Shown here: in pieces, positions 7,328 through 10,162 of the stretch
Position numbering within the stretch: the first letter of the stretch is position 1
How the letters are laid out: every line of letters starts with the position of its first letter
Source of the DNA: Candidatus Krumholzibacteriales bacterium
GTDB lineage: Bacteria > Krumholzibacteriota > Krumholzibacteriia > Krumholzibacteriales > WJIX01
Length of the DNA stretch: 10,162 nt
NCBI GenBank assembly: GCA_046483305.1
Contig: JAWODM010000059.1
Span: forward strand, 1 to 10,162
Reading direction: 5' to 3'
Made by a program: the position numbers and the translations under genes
The notes under the pieces: model-generated
What the model saw: the letters and a program-made list of their open reading frames with translations, nothing else
Told to the model about the DNA's origin: nothing
The model's database searches: none

Positions 7328-7873
7328 ATGAAATCTGAAAAAATATATACCGCACTATTAACTCTCATAATAACAGCCGGGTTATTACTACCGGGCGAAG
7401 CTGCCGGCGAACTGCTTCTGTCAGTGAATCCGGATACCACCCGGATAGATATAAGCTGTGAATTTGACATTATCTTCCATCTCGGCGAAGATGTCCTGGA
7501 TCTGATGGGGTACAATGTAGTTTTTTCTTTCGATCCGGATTATCTGGAGGTGATAAGCATTAATGAGGGCTCTCTCCCCGCTGATTCCGGAGAGGAAACT
7601 TTCTTCCACTTTAACAGTTCATTGAGTGACAGCACCGCAGAGATTAATGGAGCTGTTCTTGGCGCGGCAGTGCAGACTCCGGGTGATCTGTTCAGAGTAA
7701 CATTCAAGGCGCTGCAGGCAGGCCAGACTAATGTGTTCATAGAAGAGAGTGAACTCAGAGACGATAATAACCTTGCGATCTCGCATTCCGTTGAGGGTGG
7801 GTTGGTAATAATAACGCCTGAAATAGACGTGGAAGAATCTTCATGGGGCAAACTGAAGAATAATTTCAGGTAA
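7328..7873 (+). CDS. Secreted single cohesin-like domain protein with short C-terminal SWGxLK tail
   Basis: 181 aa with RBS GGAG and a signal peptide. LMGYNVVFSFDPDYLEVISINEGSL...PGDLFRVTFKAL...LRDDNN. Ends DVEESSWGKLKNNFR. Lies 18 nt after the previous stop. Confidence 0.88.
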   Translation: MKSEKIYTALLTLIITAGLLLPGEAAGELLLSVNPDTTRIDISCEFDIIFHLGEDVLDLMGYNVVFSFDPDYLEVISINEGSLPADSGEETFFHFNSSLSDSTAEINGAVLGAAVQTPGDLFRVTFKALQAGQTNVFIEESELRDDNNLAISHSVEGGLVIITPEIDVEESSWGKLKNNFR

Positions 7874-7960
7874 AATATAGACCTTCCTGATCCTCCCCGC
7901 CTGCAGATCCCGCCATCTTTCCGGCTCAAGGTTTCACTTTATTAAATAGCTATCCCGGCG

Positions 7961-7989
7961 TTGACATCCTGAAATTGGTTGCCTATCAT
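7961..7989 (+). promoter_or_regulatory. Sigma70-type promoter for sixA
   Basis: TTGACA (7961-7966), 17-bp spacer, TATCAT (7984-7989). Confidence 0.65.
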
Positions 7990-8056
7990 TTTAATATGGA
8001 TAATGATTGTGGGAAATGCGCTGCTGAGAAAGAGGCGGCGGGAAAGGAGCCAGGTA

Positions 8057-8521
8057 ATGGCTGTATATCTGGTACAGCACGGTAGAAACCTTCCCGGAGA
8101 ACAGGACCCTGAGAAACCTCTTTCTCCTCAGGGCCGGCGGGAAGTAGAGCAGGTTGCGGGTCTGGCCGCTGATTACAGTGTAAATGTATCCGGGATAGAA
8201 CACAGCCCCAAGAAGAGAGCGAAGCAGACAGCACAGATTTTCGGAAGGAAGCTTCAGCCTGGCGGGGGGGTTCATCAGAGAGAAGGGATCAAGGCCATGG
8301 ATGAAGTGGCGCCGGTGACCGAAGAGCTGGACCCCGGTTCCGATCTGATGCTGGTCGGGCATCTGCCCTTCATGGAAAAACTCTCCAGCTATCTTATCAC
8401 GGGCCGGGAGAGCCCCCGGGTGATCAGTTTCGTCAACGGAGGAATAGTATGCCTGGACAGGGACGATCAGGGGTGGTTCCTGAAATGGACACTGTTGCCG
8501 GAGCAGGAGTACAAACAGTAA
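8057..8521 (+). CDS. sixA: Phosphohistidine phosphatase SixA (histidine phosphatase superfamily)
   Basis: 154 aa from ATG 8057 with RBS AAGGAG (8044-8049). Motifs YLVQHG, PLSPQG, HSPKKRAKQTA, LMLVGHLP. Confidence 0.88.
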   Translation: MAVYLVQHGRNLPGEQDPEKPLSPQGRREVEQVAGLAADYSVNVSGIEHSPKKRAKQTAQIFGRKLQPGGGVHQREGIKAMDEVAPVTEELDPGSDLMLVGHLPFMEKLSSYLITGRESPRVISFVNGGIVCLDRDDQGWFLKWTLLPEQEYKQ

Positions 8522-8528
8522 TATATCA

Positions 8529-8558
8529 TCCCTTCTTCCATGGTAATATCTGAAGGGA
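8529..8558. terminator. Possible weak hairpin between convergent genes
   Basis: TCCCTTC (8529-8535) and GAAGGGA (8552-8558), 16-nt loop, no good U-tract. Confidence 0.25.
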
Positions 8559-8565
8559 CGTTAAT

Positions 8566-9804
8566 TCAGGGATCTGTGCCAACCGCAGCCGTTCTCGAAT
8601 TTACTCCGAAGTAAAGCTCTATTCTTTTTTCAACGGAACGGTAAAGAAGTTTAAATGAATCCCTGTCCTCCCGCTTCGACCTCACTCCGGCCAGTCTCTC
8701 TTCGGCTTCCCTGATGGTCTTCCTGTCAATCTCCATAACCTGCTGCAGCAGCCCGTCCCCTTTTTCATTGAGCAGGACCGCCAGGTCCATATACCTGTAT
8801 CCGGAGCCGATTGATATCGGGAAACATTTCTCTTTCAGGCGAAGAGCATGAGCGTTTAATGGAGCTGTCTCTCCCTGATCGGTCGAAAGGATTTCCGGGA
8901 TATCAACATTCCCGTTCAGCAGGGGAAATACCGGTGTTACCAGGGGAAATCCGGGTATTGTCCACATTACCACCAGGTCGGGATCCTCGCCCGGTTTGAT
9001 CCCCTGCACAACCATCGATGAAACAGAACTCGACCTTGGTATGTAGTCATTCAGCGGTATCATTCTCCTGTCGCCGCTGTCAGCGGGAAGCGGGTGGTCG
9101 TATAGGTCAACCTCCAGGAGGGAGTGCTTCAGGCACCTGGTCGCCTCCAGGATTATGAATTCTACTGAAATATTCCCCTCCTCAAAATATTCCCGCATAA
9201 AAAGGTCCGAGATGGTCCTGTACCTTATGTACCCGTAACCTTCTGTGGAATCTCCCGCGAAGGAGAAGTTGGTCCTGATAAGGTACCCTGCCGGAGCCTC
9301 CCCGGGGTCAGCTGCGTCGTATTTCACGTACTCCAGAGGCCCGGCCTCGAAGTATGCGGCTCCTCCCCCGGCATCGATTACACCGAAATTCGCCTCCACC
9401 CCCCTGCTGCCGTTGGTACTCTTCAGCATCTCCTCAAAATCGTCTACGGTAGAGCAATTTCCCAGCGCCTCAGCCATGAACAGGCCTTCCATGTCCATTT
9501 CTCCCTTATAATCCTGTTCCGAGAGCAGGTTGTAGGACGCGGTGTTCATTATGGAAAAGCCAACTTCGTTAGTTCCGATCCATATCTGGCTGCTGTAGGT
9601 GCTGTCGGCGTTGACTATACCGGTGAATGAATACCTTTCCCCCCGGAAATGCCTTACCGCGTTGCGGGGACAGGAGCTGTCCCGGTGCTTCCAGAGGATC
9701 GGCCTTCCGTCCGGGGTTGCCCTGCCGGAGATTACGGCCGAGGTGCAGGAAAAAGTATCAATTGGATTTAACAGTAATATAAATAACACGGCTATGTATC
9801 TCAC
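8566..9804 (-). CDS. Secreted Ntn-hydrolase, C45-like (acyltransferase/peptidase) family
   Basis: GTG start at 9804 with RBS AAAAGGAG 5 nt upstream; 412 aa. A 19-aa signal peptide is followed by CTSAVISGRATPDGRPILWKHRD. Also GTNEVGFSIMN, ANFGVIDA.GGAAYFE and IRTNFS. Confidence 0.85.
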   Translation of the reverse strand: MRYIAVLFILLLNPIDTFSCTSAVISGRATPDGRPILWKHRDSSCPRNAVRHFRGERYSFTGIVNADSTYSSQIWIGTNEVGFSIMNTASYNLLSEQDYKGEMDMEGLFMAEALGNCSTVDDFEEMLKSTNGSRGVEANFGVIDAGGGAAYFEAGPLEYVKYDAADPGEAPAGYLIRTNFSFAGDSTEGYGYIRYRTISDLFMREYFEEGNISVEFIILEATRCLKHSLLEVDLYDHPLPADSGDRRMIPLNDYIPRSSSVSSMVVQGIKPGEDPDLVVMWTIPGFPLVTPVFPLLNGNVDIPEILSTDQGETAPLNAHALRLKEKCFPISIGSGYRYMDLAVLLNEKGDGLLQQVMEIDRKTIREAEERLAGVRSKREDRDSFKLLYRSVEKRIELYFGVNSRTAAVGTDP

Positions 9805-9844
9805 TATTGCTCCTTTTATTATATTAATATTTACCATAACTGCC

Positions 9845-9873
9845 TTATTATCACCGTTCAGAGGCACTGTCAA
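9845..9873 (-). promoter_or_regulatory. Probable sigma70-type promoter for the Ntn-hydrolase gene
   Basis: Minus strand TTGACA (9873-9868), 17 bp, then TAATAA (9850-9845) preceded by TGn. The -10 is imperfect. Confidence 0.45.
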
Positions 9874-9892
9874 CAGAAATGGCTTTTTAGCC

Positions 9893-10162
9893 TCAGGCCT
9901 TAATACCCGGGGCTGAATTATTATTCAGAATATTATCTATATGAGCCTTTCCGTACTCCCTCTCCGCCATCAGCCGGTTATGCCTGGCGCACAACAATCT
10001 CAGGTTCTCCGGCGAGTTGTCCCCGCCCCTGGCATATGGAATTATATGATCGTACTGCAGGTTCCAGGTGGAGTTGCACCTTCTGCCGTTCTTACTTACA
10101 AAGCTGCACCTGCCGCCGTCTCTTTTATATACCAGATCCTTAATTCTCTGGGGTATGTGCCG
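9893..10162 (-). CDS. HNH endonuclease domain protein, C-terminal 89 aa (5' end outside window)
   Basis: Manual translation: RHIPQRIKDLVYKRDGGRCSFVSKNGRRCNSTWNLQYDHIIPYARGGDNSPENLRLLCARHNRLMAEREYGKAHIDNILNNNSAPGIKA*. Contains RDGGRC, DHIIP..GG.N..ENL..LC..HN. Stop TGA at 9895-9893. Not in the supplied ORF track. Confidence 0.92.
   Translation of the reverse strand, partial: RHIPQRIKDLVYKRDGGRCSFVSKNGRRCNSTWNLQYDHIIPYARGGDNSPENLRLLCARHNRLMAEREYGKAHIDNILNNNSAPGIKA

Noticed and set aside
871..7873. A true cellulosome
   Set aside because: There are no tandem cohesin arrays, no CBM3 or SLH modules I can identify, and no recognisable cellulase domains.
7979..8056. 26-codon N-terminal extension of sixA from TTG 7979
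   Set aside because: It overlaps the predicted promoter; ATG 8057 has a good RBS and places the HG motif at the normal position.
9805..9873. N-terminal extension of the Ntn-hydrolase from TTG 9873
   Set aside because: That TTG is the -35 hexamer; GTG 9804 has a strong RBS and yields a normal signal peptide.
7279..9916. Short alternative-frame ORFs over ORF3, sixA and the Ntn-hydrolase
   Set aside because: Shadows of recognisable genes.
9940..10162. Open plus-strand frame from ATG 9940 (MSLSVLPLRHQ...)
   Set aside because: Antisense to the clear HNH gene, with no RBS.

Overview
Bacterial window, about 50% GC in coding regions with an AT-rich first ~870 bp. The C-terminal protein tails suggest an FCB-group candidate phylum such as Krumholzibacteriota/Latescibacterota, which is inference only. 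(1) 1-500 holds two diverged tandem copies (period ~303 bp) of what looks like an insertion-sequence left end, with a terminal CAGGA(C/T)TTTCCCC, an RBS-sequestering hairpin and a decayed ORF start on the minus strand. (2) A consensus sigma70 promoter and a ~265-nt leader containing a 6-codon uORF (MVFRPP*) precede a three-gene cluster of secreted proteins. The first is 1829 aa (propeller-like, two beta-helices, cohesin-like, Ig, FN3, dockerin-like, cohesin-like, YPNPFN/FlgD-Ig tail). The other two are small cohesin-like proteins, one with a YPNPFN tail and one with a short SWGxLK tail. (3) sixA has its own promoter. (4) On the minus strand are a secreted C45-like Ntn-hydrolase and the 3' end of an HNH endonuclease gene that the ORF track missed. 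The best novelty candidate is a non-cellulosomal cohesin-dockerin surface assembly using two sorting tails, with possible leader-peptide and hairpin control of expression. All domain calls are by eye and need HMM confirmation.
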